From an uncultured Lachnospiraceae bacterium (lineage in GTDB: Bacteria > Bacillota > Clostridia > Christensenellales > UBA1242): 61,026 nt of DNA. Where the stretch lies: contig CAZAYL010000003.1 in NCBI GenBank assembly GCA_964489405.1, positions 1 through 61,026 on the forward strand. The letters run 5' to 3'. Shown here piece after piece: positions 18,617-28,936 of this stretch. The notes beneath the pieces are model-generated. The model ran no database searches and was not told the DNA's origin. It saw only the letters and a list, made by a program, of their open reading frames with translations. The first letter of the stretch is position 1. Each line of letters starts with the position of its first letter. Both the position numbers and the translations under genes were made by a program.

Positions 18617-19243
18617 ATGGCAAAAATAGATGTATTTGATATGACTGGGGCTAAGGCGGGAACGATGACACTCAGCGACGAAGTTTTTGGCGCTGAATAT
18701 AATGAATCTCTTATTCACCAAGTTGTCAAAGCGTACCTTGCTAATCAACGTCAAGGCACAAAGAGCACGCTCACACGTAGCGAAGTCCGCGGACACGCTA
18801 AAAAACCTTGGAGACAAAAAGGCACAGGTCGTGCGCGTCATGGTTCTACAAAAGGACCGCAATGGAGAGGTGGTGGAGTTGTGTTTGCACCAAAGCCACG
18901 CGATTTTTCACAAAAAATCAACAAACAAATGAAGAGAGGGGCATTTATTAGTGCAATCAGTACAAAACTTGCTCAAAATGACATTGTTGTTGTGAATGAG
19001 TTGAAATTGGAAGCTCCAAAAACTAAAGAAATGAAAAAGATTTTGGACAATTTCAAAATTAATAAGAGTGCGCTTGTTGTTTTGAAGGGAAGCGATGAGA
19101 ATATTATTCGCGCAAGCGGAAATATTCCAAAAGTTAATGTTTGCGACAGCGAATTGTTAAATGTTTATCAAATTGTTGCAACAAACAAACTTATTCTTAC
19201 GCAAGAAGCCATTAAATCTATCGAGGAGGCTTATAAGGCATAA
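18617..19243 (+). CDS. rplD: 50S ribosomal protein L4
   Basis: RQGTKSTLTRSEVRGHAKKPWRQKGTGRARHGS motif. Conserved position. Confidence 0.97.
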   Translation: MAKIDVFDMTGAKAGTMTLSDEVFGAEYNESLIHQVVKAYLANQRQGTKSTLTRSEVRGHAKKPWRQKGTGRARHGSTKGPQWRGGGVVFAPKPRDFSQKINKQMKRGAFISAISTKLAQNDIVVVNELKLEAPKTKEMKKILDNFKINKSALVVLKGSDENIIRASGNIPKVNVCDSELLNVYQIVATNKLILTQEAIKSIEEAYKA

Positions 19244-19548
19244 TGAACGCTTACGATATTATTAAGAAACCGCTTTTGACAGAAAAATCATACGCCGACA
19301 TTCAAGGCAAGAAATATTGGTTCATTGTCGACAAGAAGGCAACAAAAGTTGACGTAAAAAACGCGGTTGAAGAAATTTTTAAAGTAAAAGTTGCCAAGGT
19401 TACAACGGCAGTTATGCCAGGGAAACCTAAGACACACAAAGCTGGAAAGAAAAAGTCAATTGATATTACTACTTCGGAATACAAGAAAGCTTGCGTTATT
19501 CTTACTAAGGAAAGCAAAGCTATTGAGTTCTTTGAGAGTTTAAGTTAA
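19243..19548 (+). CDS. rplW: 50S ribosomal protein L23
   Basis: [11 protein letters not shown]...[20 protein letters not shown]. The start overlaps the rplD stop (TAATG). Confidence 0.95.
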   Translation: MNAYDIIKKPLLTEKSYADIQGKKYWFIVDKKATKVDVKNAVEEIFKVKVAKVTTAVMPGKPKTHKAGKKKSIDITTSEYKKACVILTKESKAIEFFESLS

Positions 19549-19561
19549 GGAGGAAAAAATA

Positions 19562-20386
19562 ATGGCAGTAAAAAGACATAATCCGACAACTCCGTCAATG
19601 CGTTTCATTGTTACTTCTTCCTTTGAGGAAATCACAAAGACAACGCCGGAAAAGTCATTGCTTGCTACAAAGAGAAGTAAAGCAGGCAGAAATAATCAAG
19701 GCAAAATTACAGTTCGTCACCAAGGCGGTGGCGTTAGAAAACACTACAGAATTATTGACTTTAAAAGAAATAAAGACGACGTCAAAGCAAAGGTTGTTGC
19801 TATTGAATACGACCCTAACCGTTCTGCATACATTGCATTGCTTCAATATGTAGACGGCGAAAAGAGATATATTCTTGCGCCAGTTGGTTTGACAGTTGGA
19901 GCTGAAGTTATGAGTGGCGAGAATGCCGAAATCAGAGTTGGTAACGCTCTTCCACTTGCTAAAATTCCTGTAGGTTCTATTGTTCACAATATTGAATTGC
20001 ACCCAGGTAGAGGCGGTCAATTTGCTCGTTCAGCAGGAATCAGCGCAAGATTGATGGCGAAAGAGGGTAATTACGCAACACTCAAAATGCCGTCAGGCGA
20101 AATGAGAATGGTTCTCGTCGCTTGCCGTGCAACAATTGGGCAAGTCGGCAATGTCGACTATTCAAACACAAAAGTCGGAAAGGCAGGCGCAAATCGCCAC
20201 AGGGGTATTCGTCCAACAGTTCGTGGTTCTGCAATGAACCCAGTTGACCACCCTCACGGCGGTGGTGAAGGTAAAGCACCTATCGGTAGAAAGAATCCTA
20301 TGACACCATGGGGCAAACCTGCTCTTGGCTTGAAAACTCGCAAGAAAACAAAATCTAACAGATTGATAGTCAAAAGGGCTAAATAA
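19562..20386 (+). CDS. rplB: 50S ribosomal protein L2
   Basis: [15 protein letters not shown] and [13 protein letters not shown] motifs. Confidence 0.97.
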   Translation: MAVKRHNPTTPSMRFIVTSSFEEITKTTPEKSLLATKRSKAGRNNQGKITVRHQGGGVRKHYRIIDFKRNKDDVKAKVVAIEYDPNRSAYIALLQYVDGEKRYILAPVGLTVGAEVMSGENAEIRVGNALPLAKIPVGSIVHNIELHPGRGGQFARSAGISARLMAKEGNYATLKMPSGEMRMVLVACRATIGQVGNVDYSNTKVGKAGANRHRGIRPTVRGSAMNPVDHPHGGGEGKAPIGRKNPMTPWGKPALGLKTRKKTKSNRLIVKRAK

Positions 20387-20397
20387 GGTGGAAGAAA

Positions 20398-20679
20398 ATG
20401 AGTAGAAGTTTAAAGAAGAAACCTTTCGTCGAAGAAAGATTGATGAAGCGCATTCAAGAAATGAATGCGAGTGGTCAAAAGAAAGTCGTTAAGACTTGGT
20501 CAAGAGCATCAACGATTTATCCAGAATTTATTGGACACACTATCGCTGTTCACAATGGGAAGAAATTTATTCCAGTATATTGTTCTGTTGAATTAGTTGG
20601 ACACAAGTTGGGTGAATTCGCACCTACAAGAACATACCGCGGTCATGCTGGCGACAAAACAGCAAAAAAGGGTAAGTAA
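20398..20679 (+). CDS. rpsS: 30S ribosomal protein S19
   Basis: [11 protein letters not shown]...[16 protein letters not shown]. Confidence 0.97.
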   Translation: MSRSLKKKPFVEERLMKRIQEMNASGQKKVVKTWSRASTIYPEFIGHTIAVHNGKKFIPVYCSVELVGHKLGEFAPTRTYRGHAGDKTAKKGK

Positions 20680-20691
20680 GGAGAAATATAG

Positions 20692-21087
20692 ATGGCAAAA
20701 AGAATTAGAGAAAAAGCCCTCAAACGTGCTCAAAATAAGGACACAAGACCTTGCGCAACAGCAAGATATATTCGCATCAGTCCTTCCAAAGTTAATCTAG
20801 TACTTAGCACGATTAGAGGTAAGAAAGTTGATGAAGCCCTCGCAATTCTCAAGTATCTTCCTAATGGCGCTAGCGAAGAAGTTTACAAGGTTGTAAAGAG
20901 TGCAGTCGCAAATGCTGAGAACAACTTGGGAATGAATAGGGACGAACTTGTGGTCAGTGAAGCATATGCAAATGCTGGTCCTACATTAAAGAGAGTTCTT
21001 CCACGTGGTCGTGGAAGTATGGATGTGATTTTGAAGAGAACAAGCCACATCACTGTTAAATTAGCTGAAGAAGGAGGGGCAAAGTAA
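20692..21087 (+). CDS. rplV: 50S ribosomal protein L22
   Basis: [30 protein letters not shown]. Conserved position. Confidence 0.95.
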   Translation: MAKRIREKALKRAQNKDTRPCATARYIRISPSKVNLVLSTIRGKKVDEALAILKYLPNGASEEVYKVVKSAVANAENNLGMNRDELVVSEAYANAGPTLKRVLPRGRGSMDVILKRTSHITVKLAEEGGAK

Positions 21088-21089
21088 CT

Positions 21090-21767
21090 ATGGGTCAAAA
21101 AGTAAGTCCACATGGACTCAGAGTTGGTATCAACAAGGGTTGGAGTTCAGTATGGTATGCTGACAAAGCAGACTTTGCTAAAAATCTCCTTGAAGATAAC
21201 AAGATTAGAGAAGCATTGAAATCAAAGTATTACAATGCAAATATTTCAAGCATCGAAATTGAAAGAACAAATTCGAATTTGATTATCAATATCAATACTG
21301 GACGTCCAGGTATGTTGATTGGTCAAAAAGGTGCAGGAATTGAAGTAATCAAAAAGGAACTTGCAAAAGTTGTTGATTGCAAGAACATTATTTTGAACAT
21401 CAAAGAAGTTAAGAAAATTGACCTTGATGCACAACTCATTGCCGAAGGAATCGCAACGCAACTTGAAAAGCGTGTTGCGTTCAAGCGCGCAATCAAAGAC
21501 GCATTGCCTCGCGTTATGAAGGCAGGCGCTGAGGGTGTGAAAATCACAGTTGGCGGACGTTTGAACGGGGCAGAAATTGCTCGTTCTGAAAGCTTCCACT
21601 TGGGTTCACTTCCTTTGCAAACTTTGCGTGCTGATATTGATTACGGCACAGCAAGCGCAAAAACAACTTATGGTGTTATTGGCGTTAAGGTTTGGGTTTA
21701 CAAGGGAAATATCCTTGGCAAGAAAAAAGCAACACAAAAAATGACTAATATGGGAGGAAACGAATAA
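21090..21767 (+). CDS. rpsC: 30S ribosomal protein S3
   Basis: [14 protein letters not shown]..., KH domain, [12 protein letters not shown]. Confidence 0.97.
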   Translation: MGQKVSPHGLRVGINKGWSSVWYADKADFAKNLLEDNKIREALKSKYYNANISSIEIERTNSNLIININTGRPGMLIGQKGAGIEVIKKELAKVVDCKNIILNIKEVKKIDLDAQLIAEGIATQLEKRVAFKRAIKDALPRVMKAGAEGVKITVGGRLNGAEIARSESFHLGSLPLQTLRADIDYGTASAKTTYGVIGVKVWVYKGNILGKKKATQKMTNMGGNE

Positions 21768-22204
21768 TGTTAATGCCCAAAAGAGTGAAACACAGAAAGC
21801 AATTTCGTGGTAGAATGACAGGTAAAGCAACAAGAAACAATAAGATTTCTTATGGTGATTATGCACTTGTTGCACAAGAATCAGGTTGGATTACAACCAA
21901 CCAAATTGAAGCGATAAGAGTCGCTGCTAACCGTTATATGAAAAGACAAGGGCAATTGTGGGTTAAAATATTCCCTCATAAGCCTATAACAAGCAAGCCT
22001 CTCGGTGTTCGTATGGGTGGCGGTAAAGGCCAACCTGAACAATGGGTTGCGGTGGTAAAGACTGGGACTATTATTATGGAACTTGGCGGAGTTTCTGAAG
22101 AAATCGCCAAAGAAGCATTAAGACTAGCGAGCCACAAACTTCCAGTATTGACAAAGTTTGTCAAGAAAGAAGACCAAAATAAAGAAGAAGGTGGGAGAGA
22201 GTAA
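21767..22204 (+). CDS. rplP: 50S ribosomal protein L16
   Basis: [17 protein letters not shown]...RMGGGKG. Confidence 0.97.
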   Translation: MLMPKRVKHRKQFRGRMTGKATRNNKISYGDYALVAQESGWITTNQIEAIRVAANRYMKRQGQLWVKIFPHKPITSKPLGVRMGGGKGQPEQWVAVVKTGTIIMELGGVSEEIAKEALRLASHKLPVLTKFVKKEDQNKEEGGRE

Positions 22205-22410
22205 TGAAAGCAAAAGATTTGAAAGAATTGACAAATGATGAACTTGAAAATAAGTACAAGACGCTCAAAAGCGAACTCTTTAACTTGAGATTCTCTCACG
22301 CAACGGGGCAACTTGCTAATCCAATGCAAATAAATAACACCAAAAAGGATATTGCAAGAGTTTTGACAATCTTAAAACAAAGACAAAGTCAAAATTCAAG
22401 CAATAACTAA
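22204..22410 (+). CDS. rpmC: 50S ribosomal protein L29
   Basis: [25 protein letters not shown]. Conserved position. Confidence 0.93.
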   Translation: MKAKDLKELTNDELENKYKTLKSELFNLRFSHATGQLANPMQINNTKKDIARVLTILKQRQSQNSSNN

Positions 22411-22424
22411 TGGGAGGGTCTAAG

Positions 22425-22685
22425 ATGGAAAACATACAAAGAAATGACCGCAAAATCCGTGAGGGTATCGTGGTTAGCGATAAAATGGATAAAACCATTG
22501 TTGTTGAAGTTAGAAGTAGAAAACACTCAAAAGTTGGTAAAGTTATGAATAGTACTAAAAAGTATAAAGTTCACGATGAAAACAATGAGTGTGAAATTGG
22601 CGATAGAGTCGAAATCGCAGAAACAAGACATTTGAGCAAGGATAAATTTTTCAGACTTGTCAGAATTATTGAAAAGAAGAAATAA
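22425..22685 (+). CDS. rpsQ: 30S ribosomal protein S17
   Basis: [18 protein letters not shown]...[28 protein letters not shown] prefer the ATG at 22425, preceded by a GGGAGGG SD (22412-18), over the ORF-track start at 22410. Confidence 0.93.
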   Translation: MENIQRNDRKIREGIVVSDKMDKTIVVEVRSRKHSKVGKVMNSTKKYKVHDENNECEIGDRVEIAETRHLSKDKFFRLVRIIEKKK

Positions 22686-22702
22686 TCTATCAGGAGGAAA
22701 TT

Positions 22703-23071
22703 ATGATTCAACCACAATCAATTTTAAAGGTTGCTGATAACACTGGTGCAAAAACAGTAATGTGCATTCGTGTTCTTGGCGGTTCACATAGAAAGAGTGG
22801 AAATATTGGCGACATCATTGTAGCGTCTGTTAAGACTGCAACTCCTGGTGGCGTCGTTAAGAAAGGCGATGTTGTCAAGTGTGTTATTGTCCGCACAGTT
22901 AGTGGTGTGCGCCGTGAAGATGGCTCATACATCAAATTTAGTGACAACGCTGCTGTTGTCATCGATAAAGATAAACAACCACGTGGGACTCGTATTTTTG
23001 GACCTGTTGCAAGAGAAATTCGTGACGCAGGCTACTTGAAAATATCAAGTCTTGCTCAAGAGGTACTATAA
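22703..23071 (+). CDS. rplN: 50S ribosomal protein L14
   Basis: [17 protein letters not shown]...IRFSDNAAV-type motifs. Confidence 0.97.
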   Translation: MIQPQSILKVADNTGAKTVMCIRVLGGSHRKSGNIGDIIVASVKTATPGGVVKKGDVVKCVIVRTVSGVRREDGSYIKFSDNAAVVIDKDKQPRGTRIFGPVAREIRDAGYLKISSLAQEVL

Positions 23072-23082
23072 GGGAGGAGATT

Positions 23083-23499
23083 ATGGCAAAATTAAGCGTT
23101 AAGAAAGGCGACAATGTGCTCGTTATTGCCGGCAAAGATAAAGGCAAAACTGGAAAAATTTTGGTTTCCTACCCTGAAGATAGCAGAGTACTTGTTGAAA
23201 AAGTAAATATTGTGACAAAGGCAAAGAAGCCGAAGAGTGCGCAAGAAAAGGGCGGAATTTTTAAAGAGGAAGCTCCTATTGACGCGTCGAACGTAATGGT
23301 GCTTTGCCCGTCGTGCGGAAAGGCAACTAGAGTTGCTCACGCAGTTGTGGATGGAAAGAAAGTTCGCACCTGTAAAAAATGTGGTGCAAGCTTAGATTCT
23401 GCAAAAACTAAGAAAGTAGCAAAGAAAGAAAAGTCGAAAGCAAAAGCAGAAAAAACTGATGCTTCTGGTACAGAAGCAGAAGAGAGTTCTCAAGAATAA
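23083..23499 (+). CDS. rplX: 50S ribosomal protein L24 with an unusual Cys4 motif and a K/E-rich C-terminal tail
   Basis: KOW motif KKGDNVLVIAGKDKGKTGKIL. It is 138 aa, against ~100-105 aa typically. CPSC (codons at 23305-23316) and CKKC (23371-23382) are followed by a ~35-aa charged tail. Confidence 0.93.
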   Translation: MAKLSVKKGDNVLVIAGKDKGKTGKILVSYPEDSRVLVEKVNIVTKAKKPKSAQEKGGIFKEEAPIDASNVMVLCPSCGKATRVAHAVVDGKKVRTCKKCGASLDSAKTKKVAKKEKSKAKAEKTDASGTEAEESSQE

Positions 23500-23525
23500 T
23501 AGGAATCAACCCGTAGGAGGAAATA

Positions 23526-24080
23526 ATGGCAAAAAATGAAATGCCAAGACTTCAAGAGAAATATCTTAAAGAAGTTAGAAAGAACCTTATGGCTGAACTT
23601 GGCTATAAGAACATTAATGAAGTTCCAAAACTCGAAAAAATTGTTTTGAATATGGGACTTGGTGATGTCAAAGACAACTCAAAATCTTTCAATCAAACAG
23701 TTGAAGAACTTGGGCTAATTTCTGGGCAAAAACCTATTGTTACAAAAGCAAAAAAATCTATTTCAAACTTTAAATTGAGAGAGAAACAAAGTGTTGGCGC
23801 TAAGGTAACTTTGCGTGGAACAAATATGTATGAATTTTTTGACAGATTTGTATCAATAGTTCTTCCACGTGTCCGTGACTTTGATGGCGTGTCAACAAAA
23901 TCATTTGACGGTCGAGGAAATTATAACCTAGGTGTCAAAGAACAATTGATTTTCCCTGAAATCAGTTATGAAAATATTGAAAAAGTAAGGGGACTTGATA
24001 TTTGTTTCGTAACAACTGCAAAATCTAATGAAGAGGCAAAGGCATTGCTTACAGCACTTGGTATGCCTTTCAGGAAGTAG
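23526..24080 (+). CDS. rplE: 50S ribosomal protein L5
   Basis: PRLQEKY...[15 protein letters not shown]...[11 protein letters not shown]. Confidence 0.97.
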   Translation: MAKNEMPRLQEKYLKEVRKNLMAELGYKNINEVPKLEKIVLNMGLGDVKDNSKSFNQTVEELGLISGQKPIVTKAKKSISNFKLREKQSVGAKVTLRGTNMYEFFDRFVSIVLPRVRDFDGVSTKSFDGRGNYNLGVKEQLIFPEISYENIEKVRGLDICFVTTAKSNEEAKALLTALGMPFRK

Positions 24081-24089
24081 GAGGAAAAA

Positions 24090-24275
24090 ATGGCTAGAAA
24101 AGCGTTGGTTGTAAAACAACAAAGAAAACAAAAGTTCTCGACAAGAGAATACACTCGTTGCTCTATCTGTGGGCGTCCTCATGCAGTTTTGAGAAAATAT
24201 GGAATATGCAGAATTTGCTTCCGCGAATTAGCGTATAAAGGCGAAATTCCGGGCGTAAAAAAGGCAAGCTGGTAA
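24090..24275 (+). CDS. rpsN: 30S ribosomal protein S14, type Z (zinc-binding, 61 aa)
   Basis: [46 protein letters not shown], with CxxC...CxxC. Confidence 0.96.
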   Translation: MARKALVVKQQRKQKFSTREYTRCSICGRPHAVLRKYGICRICFRELAYKGEIPGVKKASW

Positions 24276-24290
24276 GGAGGAGAATGAGAA

Positions 24291-24689
24291 ATGACGACTA
24301 ATGACCCAATAGCAGATATGCTCACAAGAATTAGAAATGCTTTGATGGTTAGACACGAAAAGGTTGCAATACCTAGTTCAACTATCAAGAAGAGTATAGC
24401 TGACATTTTATTGGCTGAAGGTTTCATCAACGGTTTTACAGTTGAAGAAAACAATGGAAAGCCAGAAATCGTTATCGAATTAAAGTATAGCGATAAAAAA
24501 CACAGCGTTATTGGCGGACTTAAGAGAATCTCCAAACCTGGTTTGCGTGTATATGCAGGGGTAGAAGATTTACCTAAAGTTCTCAATGGGCTTGGAATTG
24601 CAATAGTTTCGACTAGCAAGGGATTAATGACGGATGAACAGGCAAGAGAAGCCAATCTTGGTGGCGAAATAATTGCCTATGTGTGGTAA
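24291..24689 (+). CDS. rpsH: 30S ribosomal protein S8
   Basis: [15 protein letters not shown]...GGEIIAYVW. Confidence 0.97.
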   Translation: MTTNDPIADMLTRIRNALMVRHEKVAIPSSTIKKSIADILLAEGFINGFTVEENNGKPEIVIELKYSDKKHSVIGGLKRISKPGLRVYAGVEDLPKVLNGLGIAIVSTSKGLMTDEQAREANLGGEIIAYVW

Positions 24690-24704
24690 TGGGAGGAGTA
24701 TAAT

Positions 24705-25253
24705 ATGTCAAGAATCGGTAGACATCCAATCACTATCCCAGCTAACACACAGGTTGAATTCAAGGATGGAAATGTAGTCCTTGTTAAAGGCCAGCTGGGA
24801 CAATTGGAAAGAAAATTTAATAAAGAAATTTCATTTGAAAAAGATGGAGACACAATCAAGGTTATTCGTTGCGATGATTCAAAAGAAGCGCGCGCATTGC
24901 ACGGGCTTTCAAGAACATTGCTTAACAATATGATTGAGGGTGTTACACACGGTTTCACGAAGAAACTAATCGTTAATGGTGTCGGTTTCAAGGCTCAAAA
25001 GCAAGGGAACAAATTAGTTCTCGAACTTGGGTTCTCGAAACCAAAGGAAGTGCTTGATGCTGATGGCGTTACGACAAGTTGCCCTACAATTACTGAAGTT
25101 GAAGTAAAAGGGATAGATAAAGAAAAAGTCGGTCAATTCGCAGCGAAAATTCGCGACATTAAGAGAGTTGAACCTTATCACTTGTACGGCATTCGTTATG
25201 CTGATGAAGTTGTGATAAAGAAAGAAGGCAGTAAGACTGCAGGTAAGAAATAG
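24705..25253 (+). CDS. rplF: 50S ribosomal protein L6
   Basis: MSRIGRHPITIP...EPYHLYGIRYADEVV. Confidence 0.96.
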   Translation: MSRIGRHPITIPANTQVEFKDGNVVLVKGQLGQLERKFNKEISFEKDGDTIKVIRCDDSKEARALHGLSRTLLNNMIEGVTHGFTKKLIVNGVGFKAQKQGNKLVLELGFSKPKEVLDADGVTTSCPTITEVEVKGIDKEKVGQFAAKIRDIKRVEPYHLYGIRYADEVVIKKEGSKTAGKK

Positions 25254-25263
25254 GGAGTAGATA

Positions 25264-25632
25264 ATGATTATTAAAGAAGACAAAAATCAGTTGAGAAAAC
25301 TTCGCCATTTTAGAGTTAGAAACAAGGTTTCTGGCACGGCAGAACGTCCTAGATTGAACGTTTATAGAAGCACTACTCACATCTATGCGCAAATCATTGA
25401 CGATACGCGTGGTGTAACTCTTGCCAGCGCGTCTACTGTTGAAAAGGCGCTCGCTGACAAATTGAATGGGAAAACAAAAAAAGAACAAGCACAAATTATT
25501 GGCAATATTATTGCTGAACGCGCTATTGATAAGGGTATCAAAACCGTAGTTTTTGACCGCGGAGGATATTTGTATACCGGCCGTGTTAAAGAACTTGCTG
25601 AAGGTGCGAGAAGTTCAGGGTTGGTGCTATAA
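25264..25632 (+). CDS. rplR: 50S ribosomal protein L18
   Basis: [20 protein letters not shown]...[22 protein letters not shown]. Confidence 0.96.
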   Translation: MIIKEDKNQLRKLRHFRVRNKVSGTAERPRLNVYRSTTHIYAQIIDDTRGVTLASASTVEKALADKLNGKTKKEQAQIIGNIIAERAIDKGIKTVVFDRGGYLYTGRVKELAEGARSSGLVL

Positions 25633-26294
25633 TGGAGGAAATTATGGAAAATAATGAAGAAGTTAAAGTAACCGTTGAACAACCAGAAGTAGTTGAAAAT
25701 GCTGTTGAAGCTCCTAAGAGCAACAACAAAGATAGACGTGGCGGTAAGTTTGATAAGAATAAGAAATTTGGCAAACGCGATGACAAACGTCGTCGCGATG
25801 ACAGAAAACCTCGTGATGAAATGGAAAGTCGCGTTGTTTCAAGACGTAGAGTTTCCAAATCAGTTAAAGGTGGCGACATTCCTACGTACTCAGTGCTTGT
25901 TGTAGTTGGGGACAAGAAAGGAAAAGTTGGTGTTGGGCACGGTAAATCGCGTGAACAATCTGATGCTGTGGAAAAAGCAATTAAGAATGCAAAAAAGAAT
26001 ATGGTTACAATCGCTATGAAAGGGACAACAATCCCACACGCGATTGAGGGCAGATTCAATACAAGCAAAATTATTTTGCTCCCAGCAAAGGAAGGTAATG
26101 GTATTATTGCTGGTGGCGCTGCTCGTGCAGTTGTTGAACTTGCAGGAATTCGTGACATTACAACAAAATTGCACGGTAGTTCAAATAAAGACAATTGTGT
26201 AAAAGCAACTCTTCAAGCTCTTATGAGCCTAAAAACACTTGAAGAAGTCAATAGATTACGCGGAAAGAATCAAAATATGGTAGAGGAGAACTAA
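25632..26294 (+). CDS. rpsE: 30S ribosomal protein S5 with a ~60-aa charged N-terminal extension
   Basis: The conserved core starts near [42 protein letters not shown]. It is 220 aa, against ~165 aa typically. Confidence 0.95.
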   Translation: MEEIMENNEEVKVTVEQPEVVENAVEAPKSNNKDRRGGKFDKNKKFGKRDDKRRRDDRKPRDEMESRVVSRRRVSKSVKGGDIPTYSVLVVVGDKKGKVGVGHGKSREQSDAVEKAIKNAKKNMVTIAMKGTTIPHAIEGRFNTSKIILLPAKEGNGIIAGGAARAVVELAGIRDITTKLHGSSNKDNCVKATLQALMSLKTLEEVNRLRGKNQNMVEEN

Positions 26295-26296
26295 TT

Positions 26297-26560
26297 ATGG
26301 AAAGCAAAGAAAATGTTGAAAACATCGAAGTTGCAGTAGCTGAAGCTAAACCAAAGAGAACTTCAAAACCTAAAAAAGAAAAAAAACAAATCAAAATTAC
26401 TTTAATTAAGAGTGCTTGTTCAAGCAAACCTAATCAACGCAAAACAGTTGAAGCGCTTGGATTGAAAAAGCTCAATACAAGTAAAATCGTTGAAGACAAC
26501 GAAGCAATTCGCGGAATGATTTTCACTATTAAGCACTTAGTTAAAGTTGAGGAACTTTAA
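26297..26560 (+). CDS. rpmD: 50S ribosomal protein L30 with a ~30-aa N-terminal extension
   Basis: Core IKITLIKS...[14 protein letters not shown]...[13 protein letters not shown]. It is 87 aa, against ~60 aa typically. Confidence 0.92.
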   Translation: MESKENVENIEVAVAEAKPKRTSKPKKEKKQIKITLIKSACSSKPNQRKTVEALGLKKLNTSKIVEDNEAIRGMIFTIKHLVKVEEL

Positions 26561-26578
26561 GGAAGGAGGACATAGAGA

Positions 26579-27025
26579 ATGAACATACACGAACTCAGTC
26601 CTGCTCCTAATTCCGCGAAAAAGGCAAAGCGCGTTGGTCGTGGTATAGGAAGTGGGCTTGGCAAAACTTCCGGCAGAGGACAAAAAGGACAAAATTCACG
26701 CAGTGGCGGTGGAGTAAGAATTGGATTTGAAGGTGGTCAAATGCCTTTGATTCGTAGACTTCCTCGTCGCGGATTCAACAATGCTAATTTCAAAAAACAA
26801 TACACTATTATCAATGTTAGCGACTTGGAAAAGTTGGACGATGGTTCAGTTGTTGACGCTAAATTGTTATTAGAAAAGAACATAATCAGCAAAGTTGAAG
26901 ATTATGGCGTTAAAGTTCTCGGCAATGGAGAATTGACTAAAAAATTAACTGTCAAAGCCGCTAAATTTACAAAATCAGCTCAAGAAAAGATTGAGAAAGC
27001 GAACGGCAGTATTGAGGTGCTATAA
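26579..27025 (+). CDS. rplO: 50S ribosomal protein L15
   Basis: [33 protein letters not shown]. Confidence 0.96.
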   Translation: MNIHELSPAPNSAKKAKRVGRGIGSGLGKTSGRGQKGQNSRSGGGVRIGFEGGQMPLIRRLPRRGFNNANFKKQYTIINVSDLEKLDDGSVVDAKLLLEKNIISKVEDYGVKVLGNGELTKKLTVKAAKFTKSAQEKIEKANGSIEVL

Positions 27026-28311
27026 TGTTTGAAAACTTGAGAGAGGCCTTTAAAGCCAAAGATGTTAGAAAGAAAATACTTTTGACTTTATTGATTTTGC
27101 TTATCTATAGAGTCGGGTGTTGGTTGCCAGTACCAGGTATAGCATTTGACTATTTTGAAGGAAGCAACGACTTTTTGTCGTTGTTGAGTGCAATAACGGG
27201 TGGTGCGTTATCAAATGGTGCATTTTTGGCGCTTGGCGTCGTTCCATATATTAGCGCGTCAATCATTATGCAACTGATGACGTTTGCAATTCCATCACTG
27301 CAAAGATTGTCTAAAATGGGAGAAACAGGACGTAAAAAGATTGCTCTTTATACAAGAATTGTTACTCTAATTTTAGCTATAGTTCAATCAATTGGTATTG
27401 TTTATGGATTTGGTGTATCTAAAATTCTAAACGAAAATGCTCTTGGCGGTGCGCCAACGTGGCTTATTGGTATGGTCGTAATATTGGTTTTGGTTGCTGG
27501 TGCTATGTTTACAATGTGGCTCGGCGAGAAAATCACTGACTTAGGAATAGGTAACGGACTTTCGCTTTTGGTGTTTGTCGGTATCGTCTCAAGTGCTGGA
27601 ACAGCATTAATTAGTAGTCTTTCAGGTTTAGGAGAAAACATTGAATATTTGTGGGATATCTTAATTTTCCTTGCATTATTGTTGGTAATTTTTACTTTAA
27701 TGACATTCGTAGATTTGTCTGTGAGAAAAATACCAGTCCAGTATGCAAAACAAATTAGAGGAAGGAAGATGTATGGCGGACAATCGACTAATATTCCTAT
27801 CAAGGTAAATAGTTTTGGAGTTATGCCAATCATTTTCGCAATGAGTTTTATAATGTTTCCACAATACATTATGCAAATCTTTTGGCCATCATCTGACGCG
27901 TACCTATGGTACTCGGAGTATTTAGGTGTTGGTTCAGTGGTATACTTTGTTGCTTCTGCTATTTTGATTATGTTGTTTTCATATTTTTATGGCGGAATGG
28001 TTTTCAAGCCGGACGAAATCAGTAGACAATTGCAACAAAATGGTGGGTTTATCCCAGGTATTCGCGCGGGACAGCCAACCGCTGAATATATTACTAAAAT
28101 TTCAAACAGAATAACATTTTTCGGGGCGATGTATCTCACATTTGTATTTATAGTCCCAACAATCTTGTTTAAGTATGCAACATTTGGTGGGGGACTTGTG
28201 AACGCGTTTACCGCAACAGGTATGCTCATCGTCGTCGCAGTTGCGCTTGAATTTGATAAACAATTGGAAGCACAATTGATGACAAGGCAATACAAAGGAT
28301 TCTTAAAATAA
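27025..28311 (+). CDS. secY: Preprotein translocase subunit SecY
   Basis: 428 aa, multi-TM. GGALSNGAFLALGVVPYISASIIMQL and the cytoplasmic-loop motif GGFIPGIRAGQPTAEY. Conserved position after rplO. Confidence 0.97.
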   Translation: MFENLREAFKAKDVRKKILLTLLILLIYRVGCWLPVPGIAFDYFEGSNDFLSLLSAITGGALSNGAFLALGVVPYISASIIMQLMTFAIPSLQRLSKMGETGRKKIALYTRIVTLILAIVQSIGIVYGFGVSKILNENALGGAPTWLIGMVVILVLVAGAMFTMWLGEKITDLGIGNGLSLLVFVGIVSSAGTALISSLSGLGENIEYLWDILIFLALLLVIFTLMTFVDLSVRKIPVQYAKQIRGRKMYGGQSTNIPIKVNSFGVMPIIFAMSFIMFPQYIMQIFWPSSDAYLWYSEYLGVGSVVYFVASAILIMLFSYFYGGMVFKPDEISRQLQQNGGFIPGIRAGQPTAEYITKISNRITFFGAMYLTFVFIVPTILFKYATFGGGLVNAFTATGMLIVVAVALEFDKQLEAQLMTRQYKGFLK

Positions 28312-28925
28312 TGAATATTGTTTTACTTGGACCCCCCGCAAGTGGGAAAGGAACTTGCTCCGAATATCTTGAAAAAAAATGCAATATGACGCATATTTCA
28401 ATGGGGGACCTTTTACGTAAAGCGTCAAAAGGTAATTCAAAGTATGCACAATTAATCAGTGAGGTTATATCGCAAGGCAAGATATTGTCAGAAGATATAA
28501 CCACTGAAGTATTGCGCAATCATTTAACAGAAAAAGACCTTTATGACAACATTTTACTGGATGGATACCCACGCGGTATGATTTCAGTAGAGTTAATGGA
28601 AAATTTCCTTAAAATAGATTTAGTAATTGTGCTTGAAGCTAGTTTACAGGAAATTAAAAGAAGAGTTTTTAATAGATTAATTTGTCCTAAATGTAAAAGC
28701 ATATATTCAAAATTGAATTGTGTTGAAATTTGCGACAAATGTCAAGTCGAACTTGTAACTAGAAATGATGATACAGAGGAAGTTTTGTTGACTCGTATGA
28801 ACGAGTATCAAAAGTTTACTGTGCCAGTTATTGAGTACTATCAAAGTAAAGGCATTGTAAAATTTGTAAACTCAGAAAAAGATATTTACAAACAACTTGA
28901 CGTAATAATAGACGAAATTAAATGA
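28311..28925 (+). CDS. adk: Adenylate kinase (copy 1, Cys4 zinc-lid type)
   Basis: P-loop GPPASGKGT, GDLLRKA, DGYPRG, lid CPKC...CDKC, TRNDD. The start overlaps the secY stop. Confidence 0.88.
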   Translation: MNIVLLGPPASGKGTCSEYLEKKCNMTHISMGDLLRKASKGNSKYAQLISEVISQGKILSEDITTEVLRNHLTEKDLYDNILLDGYPRGMISVELMENFLKIDLVIVLEASLQEIKRRVFNRLICPKCKSIYSKLNCVEICDKCQVELVTRNDDTEEVLLTRMNEYQKFTVPVIEYYQSKGIVKFVNSEKDIYKQLDVIIDEIK

Positions 28926-28936
28926 TGGATTAAAAT

